From an uncultured Spirochaetota bacterium (GTDB taxonomy: Bacteria > Spirochaetota > Spirochaetia > SZUA-6 > Fen-1364): a stretch of 64,000 bases of DNA. The stretch covers positions 352,001 through 416,000 of the forward strand of contig CAWAHW010000001.1 of assembly GCA_963781885.1 (NCBI GenBank). The letters are read 5' to 3'. The notes beneath the pieces were generated by a model. It was not told the origin of the DNA and did not search any database. It saw nothing but the letters and a program-made list of their open reading frames with translations. Of the stretch, positions 62,951-64,000 are shown piece by piece; positions within the stretch are counted from its first letter, which is position 1; each line of letters opens with the position of its first letter. The position numbers were made by a program, and so were the translations under genes.

Positions 62951-63830
62951 CCGGAGCTCCCTTTTGGGGAGGGCTCGCTGTTCCCGGCGCGGCGCCTGAC
63001 GCCGGCTGCTCCGGGGAAGCTCCGGCAGGGGGCGTGGCGGCGGCAGCGGGAGCCGCGGAGCCGGCCGCCGGCGCACTACCTGACGGCGTTGCCGCGCCCT
63101 CGGGAGCAGCCGTGGTGCCGCCCGACGGCGTTGCCGTGCCTGCGGGTGCAGTCGTGGCCCCGCCTGCGGGGGGGGCTGTCTGGTCGGTGGTGGTGTCGGA
63201 GCTCTTGCCCTTGTCCTCGATGGTGCCCTGAACGCTTCCTTCGAGGCTTATCTCTTCCGTGTCGAGATTGATCGTGATCTTGGCCGCCTGGTAGATGTCT
63301 CCCGCCTTGGACACCCAGGGCATGCCGGAGAGCTCCAGGATCTTCGTGTCGCGCTGGTAGCGGGCGAACTCCGCGCGGCAGACGATGTCCTTCTTGAATA
63401 TCCGCACGCCGACCTGGATAAGCGTGATCTGTTCCGTGTCGCGGTCCTCGATGAAGCCGGCCTTCACCGTCATCTCGTTCTTTAAGTCATACATCACCGC
63501 GTTGCCCTTGATCCGGGCGATCTTCTTGTCGCGGTCGTAGAACAGATCCTGGCTCGTGAGATCGAGCCCGCGCTTCGTGTCCACGACATGCACGCCGCCG
63601 CTGGCCTGCGCGTAGATGTAGTTGGCGCCGAAGAGCTCGATGTTGTCCGCGGTGATGCGCAGGTCCTTCGACTGCACCCACGCGTGCCCGTTGAGAAGCG
63701 CGTGCTGACCGCCGCTTGCCACCCGGACATTGATCGTGTCGCTCGCGAACTGGATCGTCTCCGCGCGCAGGGACCCGGCCGCCGTGAAGAGCAGGAGCAT
63801 GCAGGAGAGAAGGACCCTACTTGTTGTCAT
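62940..63830 (-). CDS. lptA: LptA/OstA-family periplasmic protein with Ala/Pro/Thr-rich tail
   Basis: Signal peptide, beta-jellyroll pattern, located between lptC and lptB. Confidence 0.7.
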   Translation of the reverse strand: MTTSRVLLSCMLLLFTAAGSLRAETIQFASDTINVRVASGGQHALLNGHAWVQSKDLRITADNIELFGANYIYAQASGGVHVVDTKRGLDLTSQDLFYDRDKKIARIKGNAVMYDLKNEMTVKAGFIEDRDTEQITLIQVGVRIFKKDIVCRAEFARYQRDTKILELSGMPWVSKAGDIYQAAKITINLDTEEISLEGSVQGTIEDKGKSSDTTTDQTAPPAGGATTAPAGTATPSGGTTAAPEGAATPSGSAPAAGSAAPAAAATPPAGASPEQPASGAAPGTASPPQKGAPDGN

Positions 63831-64000
63831 CCGTCCTGACATAGGTGCCCTTCACGGGCCCGGAAAATGTGAGCTCGCGCCTTCGGAAATCGCCCTTGAA
63901 CCCGCTCCCCTCGAGGGACGAGCCGTCGTCCTTCGTGATGACGACCGTCTCCGCTTCCGGGGCGGTGAGGACCTTCGTCTTGTTTTCCCAGGCGAGCGAT
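63817..64000 (-). CDS. lptC: LptC-like protein, C-terminal part (runs off the window)
   Basis: My translation: ...SLAWENKTKVLTAPEAETVVITKDDGSSLEGSGFKGDF...VKG...*; upstream of lptA/lptB. Confidence 0.6.
   Translation of the reverse strand, partial: SLAWENKTKVLTAPEAETVVITKDDGSSLEGSGFKGDFRRRELTFSGPVKGTYVRTDDNK

Noticed and set aside
62960-63200. Repeats in the lptA tail (GACGGCGTTGCCG twice, 42 bp apart)
   Set aside because: Explained by the low-complexity Ala/Pro/Thr linker coding sequence.

Overview
GC-rich bacterial chromosomal segment, most likely from a Spirochaetia genome. Support: the spirochaete/kinetoplastid-type GAPDH, and the lptCAB-rpoN-hpf-hprK-ptsH...lexA-holA gene order. About 55 CDS and one tRNA-Ala(CGC). 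The left half is accessory metabolism: an FGGY kinase, an ArsR plus bilobal aspartyl protease lipoprotein, a uronate-isomerase-like/DeoR/aldolase/GH5 operon, MarR-MFS, prpBCD, and a ~13 kb catabolic island with a split sugar ABC transporter, two UROD-like proteins and several enzymes with non-canonical active sites. The right half is mostly housekeeping: aguAB, neuB-like, dcd, pncB, lon, a LamG/FN3-TPR-HDOD-MBL operon, uvrC and the rpoN superoperon. Nine genes carry single-base frameshifts, probably assembly errors. I see no CRISPR array, prophage, transposase or rRNA. Non-coding highlights: a 120-bp MITE with terminal inverted repeats and a 9-bp target duplication, a dispersed ATT-bulged hairpin family, a candidate anti-Shine-Dalgarno sRNA, many leaderless-type promoters, and a CCA-less tRNA abutting pncB. 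All calls come from reading motifs by eye; no database searches were run.
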